From contig MU053410.1 in the NCBI GenBank assembly GCA_013239625.1, positions 84,694 through 148,693 of the forward strand: a stretch of 64,000 nt of DNA. The letters run 5' to 3'. Below are positions 36,057 through 50,819 of the stretch, piece after piece. This DNA is from Lama guanicoe. Lineage: Eukaryota. The notes below the pieces were generated by a model. The model did no database searches. It worked only from the letters and a program-made list of their open reading frames with translations, and had not been told where the DNA came from. The position numbers and the translations under genes are program-made. Every line of letters begins with the position of its first letter. The first letter of the stretch is position 1.

Positions 36057-39000
36057 AACACTGGAAAAAATTCGTGTGTGAGGTTATGAGAGCAAAGCAT
36101 CAACATTTTTGTTACTTAACGATCTGAGAGCATCCATTTAGTAGAAGCAGCCTCACGAGGAAGCAGAAGGGTGTGTGCCTACTTCTCCCACTCAACTCTC
36201 CAAAATCATTCCAGCACCAGGGAGTTGTCCCTTTATTTCTTGGAACAGCATTACAATGCAAATACGCCAAAGAGTAATACATCTTAAGGGATTATCAGCT
36301 AACATGCTACATGGGGTAAGTTTATGAGATGCCTTCCAATTATGATAAACAGCTGAGAGACAGTAAAAGCGACTCAGAGCAGCAGATGGAGGGTATCACC
36401 AGCAACAGAAATGCTAAGCGTTGCCTAAATCTGGCCTGACACAGACAAAAGTTCTGTTTCTGTCAAAATATCAATCTATCAAATGTGTCTTCTTTTATAT
36501 AAAAGCCAGTTGATCACTGTTGGTATTTAGTTTATCACTGATAACCTATAGGGCAGATTCTCAATCCAAGTGTATCACACTACCTAAGTCTAGTTCTGGA
36601 AACCGCAACAGGGCAACTCACAAGTCACACTGGGGGCAGGAGAGGCGCTTACTCAGCTAAGCCCACTTACTGCGCAGTACAGAGACCTGTAACCACTGCC
36701 AGCATCCACCTCTGCTAACACCTCCAACATGGTAACAGGTATGACCCATTTGCTGGAGCTCAGCAAGTCGGATGATTAAAGTGAATACTCACCTCTCTCT
36801 CAGGCTAGCTGAGGAAATATGACAGCCTCCAAAACATCAACAAAATGCTAGCCCTCATCAAAGAGGTATTTGGAATAAATCAGAAAGCATCACCCTGTCT
36901 GTGTAAAATTATGGTGCAATTCTAGTCACACGTCTCATACAGGCAAAGCTGGAGACGGTTCAAAGACAGACAAGTAAAGCAAGCAAGGTAAAGTGGACAA
37001 GGGCTCTGTTAAAATAGAGAAGGCTGGGAAGATACAGACGAAGAGCTTCCAAAAGTGGTATCAACATGACAAAGAGAAGACCTGGGAGCCAAGGAAATGT
37101 GTTACCCAATCTGACAACAAAACACTGGCCTCCAGGTTTTCCCTAGGTTTTCCCTATTCTGGCTTCCTGCCCAGCCTCTGAATACTCTGCAAAGCACACC
37201 CTAAACCTAGAACAAAGGGAACTGTGAAGGAAGAACACTGGCTGAGAGGCAGCACCCGAGAACATCATGCACATGCCACAGTCGCAGCCCGAGTGGTCCC
37301 CGGGGACACCCCTGCACTTCAGGACCACGGACCCTGGTCTCACTCACCTGCCTACGTGGCATCTGTCTTAAAAGAACAAGACACGCTGTAGGACGACCTG
37401 AGACCTGGTGCCTCTCGCCCTCCCCTCATCTGTACTCCAGTGTTCTCCTGGGGCAAGGCCAGGTACAGGTTGTCTCCTGGGGCCACAGAACAAGACTGGG
37501 TAGGTCTGCCTGGCCCAGCACCACCCCCACCCAGGGTGGAAGAGAGCAGCCCATGGACGCTCGACCTGGCAGAGCAAGGCCGGGACGGAGTGCGGAGAGG
37601 CTCCCGCAGGACCTGCCATGGGGCTCCGACCTTCCCTCAGGATGGAGGCTGGTCCACCTTCTTCTGGTGGATTCTATGGTGCTAGCATTAGCCAGAGTTT
37701 CTAGGAGCCATGAGCAGAGAATCTGACGGACAGACATATGAATCCATCAGACAACAACCCTGTGATTGATGGATCACAGGGGGACTCACAACACTGGGTT
37801 CAGTGGGTCCTCAGAAGGTGCTTCTCTGTCCTATTTACTTTACATCTTTGAAATCTTTACCAGATGGATGATGCATAAAGGTTCCTTTACGACATTAAAT
37901 TACACAAGTGTTACATGCCCTAGGTAATTTATAAACCCAGAACAGCCGCGTACTAGACACTGTTGGTAAATAACCAAACAGCCACCCCTTCCTGATTTCT
38001 AAGAGGAGTGGGCTTGGCCCCCAGGGCTAGGCCTCCTCCACGTGGCCTCAGGGCACCAGGCACAGCTCAGCCCAAAGGTGCCTTAAGATTAATCTAAATC
38101 CCAACGATGGTCCCATCCTTCCTGCTACACCTGGTCCGGCACGAAGGGGCAGGAGGGAAGTGCTTCTGAGGAACTTCCAGGTGAGGTATCTTCACTCCAA
38201 AAATGAAACCAGGAAGGCTTCCCAGAAACAGCCCATCACAACCCCCTTCTGCTTCTTGCCTGCCTCCCTTGAGGCCAGCACGCACGGGACAGAGGCCAAG
38301 GGAGCTGGAGCAGAAGAGCCCACGTGGCCCCTAGCTCGCCCACTCTGGGCTGGATCAGGGGGACAGTGGCAAAGCCACAAGGCAGGAAGAGCCTGGTTAC
38401 AGAACAACCACTCTGGGGACCAAGAAAACCTCTACTGACTTGACCTGAGCTGAGAACAACCTGTGCTCTGTTTCTGCACACGCGCTCCAGAGGATCTTTG
38501 ATATGGCAGCTTGGGGACCTCAGCGAGGGACAAGTAAGTCCCCCTGTTCCGCCATCTGTCACACCTGAGAGTGAATGGCCTCGAATGGTGATGGCCCTCT
38601 GCAATGCGGGGGTCAAGCCACCACAGACAAAGCCACAGAGCAGGAAGGCGAGGAGAACCGGGGTTCTCGCACATTCTGCCCCAGCCTCCCCAGGAGCTAA
38701 CAGTCCTGCTGAGGCCACTTTGGACTCTCTCTGACCTGAGGCCAAATAGAAAAAAAGGAAAAAGAAACCACAACCACCTCCAGGCTCTGCACCCTCAGAT
38801 AAGGAGTGTTAGTATTTGATTCTGTCCCCTCGCTCAGCAAGCACTGCATGCGGCACCCCGCCTGGACCCAGACACAGCACACTGCCGAGAGGGGCCCTGG
38901 GGGCCACGGCTACAATCCAGCTGGGCCAGACCCCACACAGGACTGACCCTCCTCCTGGTCTGGCCCCTTTTTTGAGGGGCTGGCCTCGTGGGGCTGGTGC

Positions 39001-39519
39001 TGCAAACAAGCCAGTGCACATACCATGCTCCGCAGCGCACGTGGCACTATGAGCTCAAGAAAAGCCAGTTACACCAGCAGACATGGGGACCACACACCCA
39101 CATGTGAGTGTGTAAAGCCTGTCATTCACTAGCCAGCAACCAGGAGGTTGGGAGGTAGGGGAGTGACAGAGCCCACTCACTGAAGAAGTGACCCTCGATA
39201 TCCCGGGAGCACGCACTGGCAAGACCGGTGCGAAGGCCCTGGTGAGAGCTCAGGGAACAGCCCAGAGCGAGCCCCCGGGGGGCCTGGGTAGTGCAGACTG
39301 CTGTAGAAGAGGCCCCCCTGCCCCAGCAAGGTGCAGATGCCACTGGGTAAACAGCCCCTCCCTCCCTGGCCCTGGGGGGTCCTTCCTGTCTGCCCTCTGC
39401 TCAGCAGCTTCAGGGAAAGGGGACCACACTGTGTGTATCCTGTTTTACAGCCTGCTTCCTCCACTTAAAATAATAGGAACACCTTTCTGTAGCATTATAA
39501 GTACTGAACTTTTGTCTTT

Positions 39520-39612
39520 GTAATGGATGTGTGTTTTTTCACAAACTGCTGTATCATAATGAATTTGTAATGGATGGGTATCTTTTTTCAAAGTGCTGTA
39601 TCATAATGAATT
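39520..39612 (+). repeat. About 47-bp imperfect tandem duplication inside an old L1 remnant
   Basis: tgtaatggatg...tgctgtatcataatgaatt occurs twice. Confidence 0.8.
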
Positions 39613-42600
39613 TATCCAATCTCCACTTACTGCTAGTTTCCAATATTTTACTATGAAACAAAGCTGGAGTGAACATCTGTTTAGCTAGTTTCCTGTAAAT
39701 TCATGATTATTTCCTTAGGATGTATTCCCAGAAGTGAAATTGCTGGGACTAGTTATATGCAAAACATTTTTTTTAAACTAAGTGCCTGCCTTGACTCTTA
39801 ATAAAATATCACTAGAGAAACAAGAAAATGGATGAACTGAAGACTCAGAGGTGCTGTCTGGTTGCTTTAAAGAGCTGCAGAACCCCTGCTGCCCTGGGTA
39901 CCGGTTTCCCTTCCAGACTGGCCACCCCACCCCACTCTCAGAGGCTGTGCAGTGATGACCCCACATCCTTCAGATTTACTTTCTAAACTTCCCTCAAAGT
40001 CAGGTACCATTCTTGGCTCCAAAGAAATGCCATGTTCCTCACAGTGGCACTTACTCCTGAGAGAGGGGTGGGGTCCTGACTTCCTGAGCCCACTAGGACC
40101 CACCTCCAAGCAGACAGTGGGCCCACCACAGCCAGATCCTAAAAGTGGGCCAGGCTGGCTCTCCAGAGAAGTCACCGTGCAGCTGTCCTGGAAGGCCGGA
40201 TGGCACAGGCCACAGAAGCTGTACTAATCGGACTGGTGAGCTCAACTCCTTGGAGACCCTCCAAGAAAGACAGAGCCTTCAAGAACACACACAGTCCACC
40301 CCAGCATGGGAAACTGTCAGTGCCGAATCTGGAGACGTGTTCCCTGAGAGTCACCCAACTGATGCCCCTCGTGGGAAGTGTGGGAACAGCCAGAAATGCT
40401 TCCCCTCCCCGACAGGGGGCTGAGAGTGAGGGACCCCTCGAAGGGCTGCCTATCACAGGTGAGGCCAGCGCACAGACCACGCAGAAAAAAGAAGAGCTGA
40501 CTTTGCATGTGGACTCCCACTGCCTTTCCCAGGAGAGCAACACCAACTCAAACCTGTTGTTTATAGCTGGTGTTAAGCCCTGGAAGGGACTCATGCAGTA
40601 AACGTAACTGCCCTTCTAACAGCAGGTGCAGGAGTTAAAGAGGAGTCTGCAGCCCTGCACTCTCACCATCCACCCCGAGGCCCACAGCTTAGCGCCCAGA
40701 AACCAGAGCGTCTGTCATGAATAAACATGAAATCACCCAGAACAGGCTTTGTGATCAAAGACAACAGCACCTACTTGAAAAGTTGGCGATTAGCTGGGAA
40801 GATGGTTATTGAGTAAAAATGACTTACACATAAACCTGTAGTTGATCAGAATGATTCTTAACCACAGAGAATGCTTTGCCTGCTAACTTCATATTTGGTG
40901 GCCCGTAATTCTTTTATAACCGACATGTGGCAATGCTTGAAATGTGACTTCAATCTGGCCAAAATGATGAATCAAGTTATTTTTACTGTGTCCAGTGAAT
41001 GACCATGGCATATCCATTCCAAGGGTCAATAAATAACACGTTTGATTAATTTCTCTTTAAAAATCTATGATCAACGTGTATATCATTCAACTCCTTGAGT
41101 AACTAAGAAACCATGAAATTTTTCCTCAAATATAAAAGCATTACAGCATTTCTTCAACTTCATCAGACACATGATGGGAGATACTCTGTTAAAACCACAG
41201 ATAACAAATCCTCTAATAGTCTTTAAAATATTAGAATTTAGTTTCAGAATTGGTTGGATTGTGGATGTTCAGAATCCAATGTGACTCAAATTTGGCAAAG
41301 TGCTTTTTTCCTTTTAACATTTAATGTGAAATTTCCACCAACTTCAAAAATGAAGTAGACAAAAATAAGAGAAGCAACAGATTGCGACAGGAAGACATTT
41401 ACATCGCTGGGGAGAAATCATGCAAAGTAATCTGAACTGCATAAAAATAAACACTTTGTTATTAATTCATTTACAACTCAGGAAACCTAAAGCTCACAAA
41501 AACATTGCTAAATAAACCCATGTTTATTTCTGTCTCCAGCAGCACCACTTAGGACAGCTATACTGTAAGTGCAAAGCTCTCTGGAAGGAAAGGGAGAAAA
41601 TGATGAACAGCATTGAAAGCTGACTTAGACGTCATATTTCAGAAAGCATCTTTGTGGTGTGAAACCTCCAATTATGTCATCACTTTGTATTATCTGATAA
41701 AGAATTCACTGTGCTCTTGAAGCTAACCCTGATCCCTGGGGTAATTCATTCAACACTTAGCGACTTCTCAACCAAGAATAGAAGAAATTAGTGAGGGGAG
41801 GCCACAAGGGGGCAGGAGGGGCCCACAGACACAAAGCAGCCTCCCTTGACAGGTGCTCAGGGAGAATAAAGGCAGGCCCCCACCTGTGGAACTCCTGACC
41901 TGGGACAGACTCGAGGTGGTGGAGGAAAGGGGCAGTGTGCTCCAGGATGGGAGTGTTTCATGCTGTTCCTGAATGGATCCACAGACCTCCCAGCCCAGAT
42001 ATGCCTGGGCAGAGTACTCCCCACAGCCTGTTGGTCATGTTGCCAGATGTGGGGTGAAAAATATTCTGAGTCGTCCCCTTCCAAGCCACGAGAAAGTCAC
42101 ACAGTCTACAATTACTATCAGAGCCACATCTGGGAGTCACCCAGCTGTATGCACCAATTTGACTACTGGAAATTCCTGATGAATGACAATTTATTTTAAA
42201 TACCAGAGTAACAACTTGACCTGCCCAAAATGACCATTTTTTAATCATTCACCATTTTTTGCTTTGGTTACCTATTCTTTTCTGCAGAGAACACAAAGGC
42301 AGAAAAAATGAAAATGGTGCTTTAATGTACATTAACCTCAAATCCGAATGCTGTTCTTTCCAAGGTGTGGGAAAGGGGAAAGGGTTCTGTGGAGTTAGCT
42401 TTGAGGGAATGAAAGACTCCTTTTGGATGGGGCTCTTGGGCTCCTTCAGGCCATGCTGAAACGCCAGGGGATTTTCTAGTAACTAATACAATTAATTCAC
42501 ATCTGCAAATAAGAGTCTTCTTGAAGTCACAGATTACCAGGCCTGCGAGTTCCAATCAGACACACTGTCCACCAGGATGAACGATTACTGTGAGCAAAGC

Positions 42601-42859
42601 CCCAAGACTCCCCCGGCTGAGGCCCCTCAGGAAAGCCTTTGTCTGAAGTCCTCCCCTGATGACATAAAAAGCAGGTGCAGTTCATATTTCTGGCTCCAAA
42701 ACCACCCACAGACTGCACTGGCAGCATTAATTACAGGAAAGAATCCCTGATGATCACTTCACTTTTGCTCCATAGGAGCCAGCAGCGCAGGTAAGTCCCG
42801 AATCCAGAGACCTGCCAAGTAGCCATTCATGGGGGAAGCAACACGCAGGTGGCCAGAAC

Positions 42860-44120
42860 ACTTTCCTGAGGAGAGCGAGCTTCGAGGTAGCTGCTCTTTA
42901 GTTTCCGACACAGGTCGCCCTCCAGGGCTGGTTCTCACCGCTCTCCCCCTGCAAACCCACCGGGCCCTGGGGCTCTGTACCCTGCCGCCCCTCTCCACCC
43001 CTGGCTCTTTCCCTGGCCCCCGCCGGATCGCGTGCACTCCGCTCCAAGTCTCTCCATATAGCACGTGCGACGGGATGGGGGTGCCGGGAATCGGGCACCC
43101 ACCTGGCCCAGCAGGGGGCCACCATGCCTGCCGCCCCGACCCCTCACTAGGAAGACTGTAATAATTACATCTTCCTACTACCCTTAGCCAACCAGCCCAG
43201 AAGGGCAACAACCGCTGCTGGGGGGGGGCTCCTTACAGAATTCCTGAGCCTCGCTCGGTAACCGCCCCTAAAAAGCCTCCGTGCTCCCCTTCCACTTAGA
43301 GAGCTCGTGGCCACACTCCCAGGGCGATCTGTCAGCCTCCTGGTCACCGCGGACGTCGCACCCGGCATAAGTGACTCCTCCAGCCTCCCCGCCGCGCCCC
43401 GCGCCCCTTTCACACAGCCCAGGCTCCCGGCGCCTTCCATCCATTCCCAGGAGTGGTCGACCTACCGGTCCCCGCTGGGCGGGGAGAGAGGGTGCAGTTT
43501 GCTGCAGCCCCCATCCCCTCGTGGTGCCCAGCCTGAGCAGGGCGTGCAGCCCTTCGGGCAGCTGGCGCCCCTTCCCGGGTTTCCTCGCGTCCCCCAGCTG
43601 GTGGGGCCAAGCGGAGAAAGTCACCTCTCCGCGAAGCCCCACTCGGCGCTCGCTCTCGCACCCCTGGAAGCCACGGGTGCCAGGGCCCCGTGCAAGAATG
43701 CCCCGGGCCACCCCTCCCAGCCGCCCTCGCGGCGCCCCAGCTGTCCATTTCGCCGCGCAGCCCTCGCCCCCCCCAAACCCCAATGGCTCCCGCATACCCC
43801 GCGGGGTCCTCGCGCAGCTTTGGGCCTGCGGTCCGCACCTTCCTCAGTGTAGACATCCTCAGGCGCGCCAGTTCAGCAGGTGCCCAGGGACATGGCCTGG
43901 GGGCACATCAGCCAGCCTAGGGATCCTCGCCGCTGCCGCCGCTCGACCCGCTGGAGTTCCTTGCACTGACTGGCTTTACGACTGGCGCCTGCGCACTAGG
44001 CGCCCGGGGAGGCACCGCGCACGGCATGGAAGGCCAGAGCCAGACCTCTGCAGAGGGGCAGGGCTAGCGCCTGGGGGAGCGCCAGGCTTCAGATCCGTTA
44101 CCATGACACGTGCATTCACG
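42860..44120. promoter_or_regulatory. CpG island-like region
   Basis: High GC and dense CpG; no associated coding exon recognised. Confidence 0.7.
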
Positions 44121-44129
44121 GGCACATGT

Positions 44130-45030
44130 AGTATACTCTCAGACATAAATCCAGGCAATATATTTTTGAACCAGCTCCTGGAGTAATTGAAATAAAAGCA
44201 AAAATAAATAAATGGGATCTAATTAAACTTAAAAGCTTTTGCACAGCTAAGGAGACCATCAACAAAATGAAAAAACAACCTACGGAATGGGAGAAAATAC
44301 TTGCAAATGATGCGACCAAAAAGGGACTAATTTCCAAAATATACAAACAGCTCATACCTCTTAATATCAAAAAAAACAAACAACCCAATCTAAAAATGGG
44401 CACAAGACCTAAACAAGCAATTCTCCAATGAAGACATACAAATGGCCAACAGGTACATGAATTAGCTCAACATCACTAATTGCCAGAGAAATACAGATCA
44501 AAACTACAATGAGATACCACCTCACACCAGCCAGAATGGCCATCTTTATAATGTCTACAAATAATAGATACTGGAGAGGGTGTAGAAAAAGGAAAACCTC
44601 TACACTGTTGGTGGGTGTGTAGACTGGTGCAGCCACTATGGAGGACAATATAGAGGTTCCATGTGATCCAGCAATCCCACTCATGAGCATATATACCCAG
44701 AGAAAAATGAAATTCAAAAACACACATGCACCCCAATGTTCACAGCAGCACTATCTACAATAGCCAAGATGTGGAAACAACCCACATGTCCATCAACAGA
44801 TGACTGGATAAAGAAGTTGTGAGATATATATATATACACACACATATATACACATATACATACTAAATACATACACACACACGATGGAATACTACTCAAC
44901 CGTAAAAAAGAATAAATGCCATTTGAAGCAACATGGATGGACCTGGAGATCATCATTCTAACTGAAGTGGGCCAAAAACAGAAAGAAAAATGCCATATGT
45001 CACTTATATGTGAAATCTAAAAAATAAAAG
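44130..45030 (+). mobile_element. L1 3' ORF2 fragment with (TA/CA)n microsatellite at about 44823-44882
   Basis: aaaataaataaatgggatctaattaaactt...gcaacatggatggacctggag. Confidence 0.9.
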
Positions 45031-45329
45031 TGGGGGGACACAAATTAACTACTTATTATTTGTAACTTTAATGACTGATTTCTTGAATATGTGTAAGCAT
45101 ATTTGATTGTCCTTTATGGTCAGATTACTGCATTCTATTGATTCTTATTTTGTGGTTGGCTTTATTCCTTTGATAACTATGTAAGTTTAAAAAGTTAAAG
45201 CTATAATCTGTTCTTAAAGACAATTATCAGTACATATACATAAACTAACAAAATATGTGCAGTATATTGTATATATGTATTTACATGCAATATATTGTCA
45301 CAATTCTACCTAATAAAACTGAAAAAAAG

Positions 45330-45470
45330 ATCTTTTTTGTTTGGTTTTTTGTTGGTTTTCTAGGGGGAGGAGGTAATTAGGTTTCTCTATTTATTTACTT
45401 TAATGGAGGTACTGGGGATTGACAGGACCTCGTGCATGCTAATAAGCAAACGCTCTACCACTGAGCATAG
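45330..45470 (-). mobile_element. tRNA-derived SINE, vic-1-like
   Basis: Reverse-complement match to the SINE at 34522. Confidence 0.8.
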
Positions 45471-45749
45471 AACTTAATTCCCGAGAACAGTGAAACAAGC
45501 GAGGCACGCCCGATGACTGCCTGAACTTAGTGCCAGGAGGCAGTTTCAAAGCCACAGCACAGAGAAGGGGAAACTCAGAGGACGGCAGTTACACTGAGTG
45601 GAGGGGTAGAGATCAACATTTGCGGAGGCCAAGACAGCTAGATTTGGCAGGACAGCACCCCTGGGAGGACGGGGCAGCACAGAGGTCCCCTACAGTCAGG
45701 TTGAATTCTGACCTGTCCAAGATGAGACTATCTAAATTTGGGGAAAGCA

Positions 45750-45930
45750 AGAAGTATACTATATAGCACAGGGAACTATATTCAGTATCTTGTAGTAACT
45801 TATGGTGAAAAAGAATATGAAAACAAACATACATGTATGTTCCTATATGACTGAAGCATTGTGCTGTACACCAGAAACTGGCACAACACTGTAAACTGAC
45901 TATACTTCAATAAAAATATATTTTAAAAAA
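45750..45930 (+). mobile_element. Short L1 3' end
   Basis: 3' UTR and AATAAA; degenerate TSD aaatttggggaaagcaag / aaagttggggagacaag. Confidence 0.8.
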
Positions 45931-46199
45931 TAAAGTTGGGGAGACAAGCACCAGAGAACAGTTGGTCTAAGAAGCCCAGAGCTCACACAGGGCTAGTTCA
46001 TGGCTCCACCAGCAAGAGTGGAAATGATTCCTAACACACATGGCAGCAGACAAAATCCTCAGAAGAGCACCACCTCAGGAATGGAGCTAAATCATCTCTA
46101 AACTAACAGCTGTCCTGGACCTGCCCCAACAAAGCCTAAAGACTAGCTTCAAAATGATACAACTAAGTCCCAGTAACATAACTCCATGCCAGAAAGTCC

Positions 46200-49100
46200 A
46201 GCACTATTTAAAGGAGTACAACAAAATCCAGCACCCAACAATGTATGTCTGATATCCAAGCAAAAATCACCAGGCAGGCAAAGGAAGAAGAAATTATGAC
46301 CCATAACCAGCAGAAAAAACAATCAACAGAAACAGACTCAGACAAGAGATAATGGAATTAGCAGACAAGAGCATTAAACAATATTATACTGGTATAGCTT
46401 CTTGGGGAAAAGTTTGGTGATTCCTTAAAAGGTTAAACATAGGGTTATCATATGAACCAGCAACTCCACTCCTAGGTACATACCCACGAGAAATGAAAAT
46501 TTATGTCCACACAGAAGCCTGTACACAAGTGTTCATAGCAGCATCATTCATAACAGCCAAAAAGGAGAAACACTGCAAATGTCCATCAACTGACGAATGA
46601 GTAAAATGTAGTATATCCATACAGTGGAATATTATTCAGCAATAAAAAGGAATGAAGTACTGAACATGCTACAATGTGGATGAACCTTGAAACCATTATG
46701 CTAAGTGTGAAAAAAAGCAGTCACAAAAGAGCACATATGATTCCATTTATGTGAGGTGTCCTGAGTAATCAAATCTATAGAGACAGAAAGATTAGTGGTT
46801 GACTGGGCTGGAGAGGAGGACGGAATGGGGAGTGACTGCTAATGCAGACAGAGTATCTCTGAGGGGTGATGAAAATAATCTAAAATTTATACTGTGGGTG
46901 TGGCTGAACAACTCTGTTACTAAAAGACATTGATTTATACACTTTAAGTGGGTAAATTATATACCTGTACGATTAGGTCTCAACAAAGCTATTATGAAGT
47001 TATTATAAATATATCCCCTGTAGTAAGAAGGTAAAGCAAAAGGAAGCAGAGAAATGGTAGATACAAAGTAAACAAACCCAGTTGCACTTCCAGCAAAGGA
47101 AAGTACAAGATTGGAAATAAAAAATACACAGATTAATAGCAGAATAGACATTGTAGAAGATCAGGAAATTTTAAGAAACAACAATAAAAACTGTCCAATA
47201 TGAAGCACAGAGAGACCAAGACAGACTGAAACACAAATTAACAAAGCGTCAGCGACCGGTGGGACAATATTCAGTTGAGTAACACATGTCATTGGGGTCA
47301 AAAACAGGAGAGAGGGAGAGGACAGGAGAAATAATGTTTAAGTAATGGCTAAATTTTTTCAAGATGATAAAAATCATAATACCACAGACCGAAGAAAACT
47401 TGACAAATCCTAAATAAAATAAATATAAAGAAAACCACATGAAGGTACATCACATCAAAATTAGTGATAAAGAAATGAATTTAAAAGTCAGAGAAAAAAA
47501 GACACACTAAAAAGAACACAGACAGACAGAACGAGAGCAAACTGCTTTTCAGAAACTATGTATGACAGGACAATGGAGGGGCGTCCTTAACAAGGGAGGG
47601 GAAGGCTAGCATCCTAGAACTCCACTCCAAGTACAAGTGAAGATGATAAAATACCAAAAACAAGCTTAGAGGATTCACTGCCAGCAGAGCTGGACTGTAA
47701 GAAATGTTAAAAGAAAGTTCACCAAGCAAAAAGAAAATGACACCTTCTAGATGGTGTGAACTTAAAGGAATGGTGAGCTGGAAAGTACCAATACTGGAGT
47801 AAATATAAAGATTTTTTTCTCACTTTTAATATTTTTAAAAGATAATGATTTAAAGCACACTAATAATAATGTATTATGGGGGATCATAACACATGAAGAC
47901 GAAAAGGAGGACTAAATAAGAAGGGAGAAATGGAAGTTTATAGTTTCAAGGATCATACACTCTATGTAAACTGGTATATTATTTAAAGATTGGCTATGAT
48001 CGGTTAACGATGTGCAAAGTCTAGAGCAACCATTGTAAAACAACAGAGGCAGAGCTAATAAGCCAGGAGTGGAGATAAAAGGGGTTCATTTAAACAACAA
48101 CAACAACTGAACTCAAAAGAGGGCAGGTAAGAGGGGAAAGGACACAAAGAACACACAGGACAAACAGAAAACTAGTCACACTAAGGGTAGCCTGAAAAAC
48201 GAACAAATCATAATTACATTAAATGAAATGGTCTTTTACAAAACAATCTCCACAAATAAAAGGCAGAGATGGGCAGACTGGATCAAACAGCAGCAACAAC
48301 AACAAAAACAAGACCCAACTCCATGCTATCTACACACATACAGACACAGATTCAACACAGAGACAGAGACAGGTTGAAAGTACAAGGAAGGAAAAAAGAC
48401 ATTCCACAAAAACACTGATCAAAAGAAAGCTGGGATAATTACACTAATATCAGCTCAAAAAACACTGAGGATGGAGAGAGACATTCCACACTAACAAAGG
48501 AGTCAATGGACCAGGAGGACAGGACAACCTTAAAGGTTTGTCAGGAGTGAACTTCCAAATACAGGAAGCAAAACAGAACTGAAGAGGCAAATCCACAATT
48601 GCAGCTGGATGCTCAACATTTGTTTCACAATAACTGACAGAACAAGAGGTCACAAAATGAAGCTGACCACTTTGATCTAACGGGCATTTACAGAACACAC
48701 TACCCAAAACAGCATATAAACATTCTTCTCACGTACACTTAAAACATTCACCACGACAGACCATGTTTAGGCCATAAAACAACTCAATAAATTTAAAGAG
48801 AACTGAAATCATACCAAGTAGTTTCTCTGACCACAAAAGGATTAACTTAAACAATAACTGGAAAGTCCTCCAAATACTTGGAAATTAAATAATTCACTTC
48901 TTAATAAACTATGAAAGTCAAAGAAGAAATCACAAGATAAAATAAAAAGGATCTTCAATGGAATGTTAAAAAAAAACTCTGTTATATGTAGCTAAAACAG
49001 GTTGTCTGCAGGAAATTTATTCTTTTTTAATGTTTATATTAGGAAAGAAGAAAAGTCTCAAATAAATGACCGAAGCTTCCATCTTATCAGGAGAGGAGCA

Positions 49101-50480
49101 AATTAAACCCACAACAATCAGAAAGAAATGATAAAGAGTTGAAATTATGGAACTAAAAACATAAAAGCAATAGAGAAAAATCAGTGATACCAAACATTAA
49201 TTTTTTGAGAAATCAACATCATATAGCTCTAGCCAGACTAATAAAGGAAAAAAGAGAAATGACAAATTATCAACATCAGGAACAAAAACAAAAACACTAC
49301 AGACCATACATGTATTAAAAAGAGAATAATAAAACATCTTTATGTTCATAAACTTGACAACTTAGATGAAATGGACAAGTTTCTGAAAAGATCCAAAATA
49401 TCAAAACTCACTCAAGAAAAGATAAAAAAGCCAGTAACAAACAGCACTCTCTCTAGCAAATGAATTAAATTAGTAGTTAAAAACTTCACAAAGAAAACTC
49501 CAGGCTCTGAATTCACTGCTGAATTTCACCAATCCTCTGAGAAAAAAGTAATACAAATCCTACCAGAAAGCAGAAAAGGGAACAATTTCCAACTCATTTT
49601 ACGAGACTACCACTATTCAAATACCAGACAAACATTTTACTTTAAGAATGCAACGTTGTAAGTTTAACCCTGAAAATCAATGCATTTGATATTAAAAGAA
49701 AAACCATAGGATCCTATCAATAAATGTGGAAAAAAGCATGTGATAAAATTCAGTATCTAATCATGACTTTAAAAAAAAAATTTAACAAACTAGGATTAAG
49801 AGGAATTTCCTCAACATAATAAAGGGCACACATGAAAAACTTACACCTAACATCATACTTAACAGTGAAAGAATGAATGTTTCCCCTTAACACTGAGAAC
49901 ATAACAAGGACCTGTCCCTACTTCTGTTCAAAATGGACTAGAGATCCTGGCCAGTGAAATAAAGCAAAAAAAGAAATAAAAAAAATATACACACATACAC
50001 ACACATAATCATATATATATGGATAAAAGGAAGATGTAAAACTTTCTTCATTCACAGATATGATCAAAATAGAAAATTCTAAGAAATCTACAAAAAATGG
50101 TATTAGAACTAATATGTGAATTTAGCAAAGCTGCAAGAGAGAAGGTTAGTGTATAAAAATCAACTATACTGCTATATCCCAGACATGAACAGCTGGAAGC
50201 TGTAATTTTGAAAATATCATTTACAATGGCATGAAAATATTAACTACTCAGGAATAAATTCTACAGATACATGTGAAAGATCTCTACTCTGAAACATATA
50301 AAATAATGGTGGAAAAAATTAAAGAAGACTAGACCTAGAATAGTTCAAAACAATTCTGGGAAAAAAACTAAGTTGGAAGACTTATACTGTTTGATTTCAA
50401 GACTTACTATAAAGCTAAAGTAATAAAGACAGCATGGTATTGGTAAAAAAAAAAAGTTATGTACATCAATATAACAGTAA
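46200..50480 (+). mobile_element. Ancient, long degenerate L1 (ORF1-ORF2) with a nested L1 3' end at about 46390-46990
   Basis: A-rich ORF1/EN/RT remnants (gacaacttagatgaaatggacaag; aaactccaggc). Confidence 0.8.
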
Positions 50481-50819
50481 AAAAATGTCCAAATTTTATG
50501 ATGATAGATCAATGAGTAAATTAACGTACTAAAGTTTGTAGGTTAATGAATTGTGGACATCCCCCTCAATGAGCATGCCCATTCCCACCCACCATGTTTT
50601 CCTAGGAACAACCCCAGGCTCCTGTCTTGCTTCTAAGCCCTCACTGAAACAAAACCTTTTGGAAGGGATGTGAGGATTCACACTTCATTTTGGGGCAAAG
50701 GCTCAAGATAGTAAGGCCTAAAAATAATCTACTTACTCAGTTTTAATTATAAATCATTCCTTTACTGAATGTGAATTACACTAAGCCAATGTGCAAAACA
50801 TTTAAGAACTAAGCTCCTA

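Noticed and set aside
40172..40601. Overlapping 133-140 aa ORFs
   Set aside because: No recognisable homology or splice support.
42759..44186. Overlapping long ORFs in all frames (also 54057-55048 and 57028-57771)
   Set aside because: Expected from stop-codon scarcity in GC-rich DNA; low-complexity Pro/Arg/Gly with no recognisable domain.
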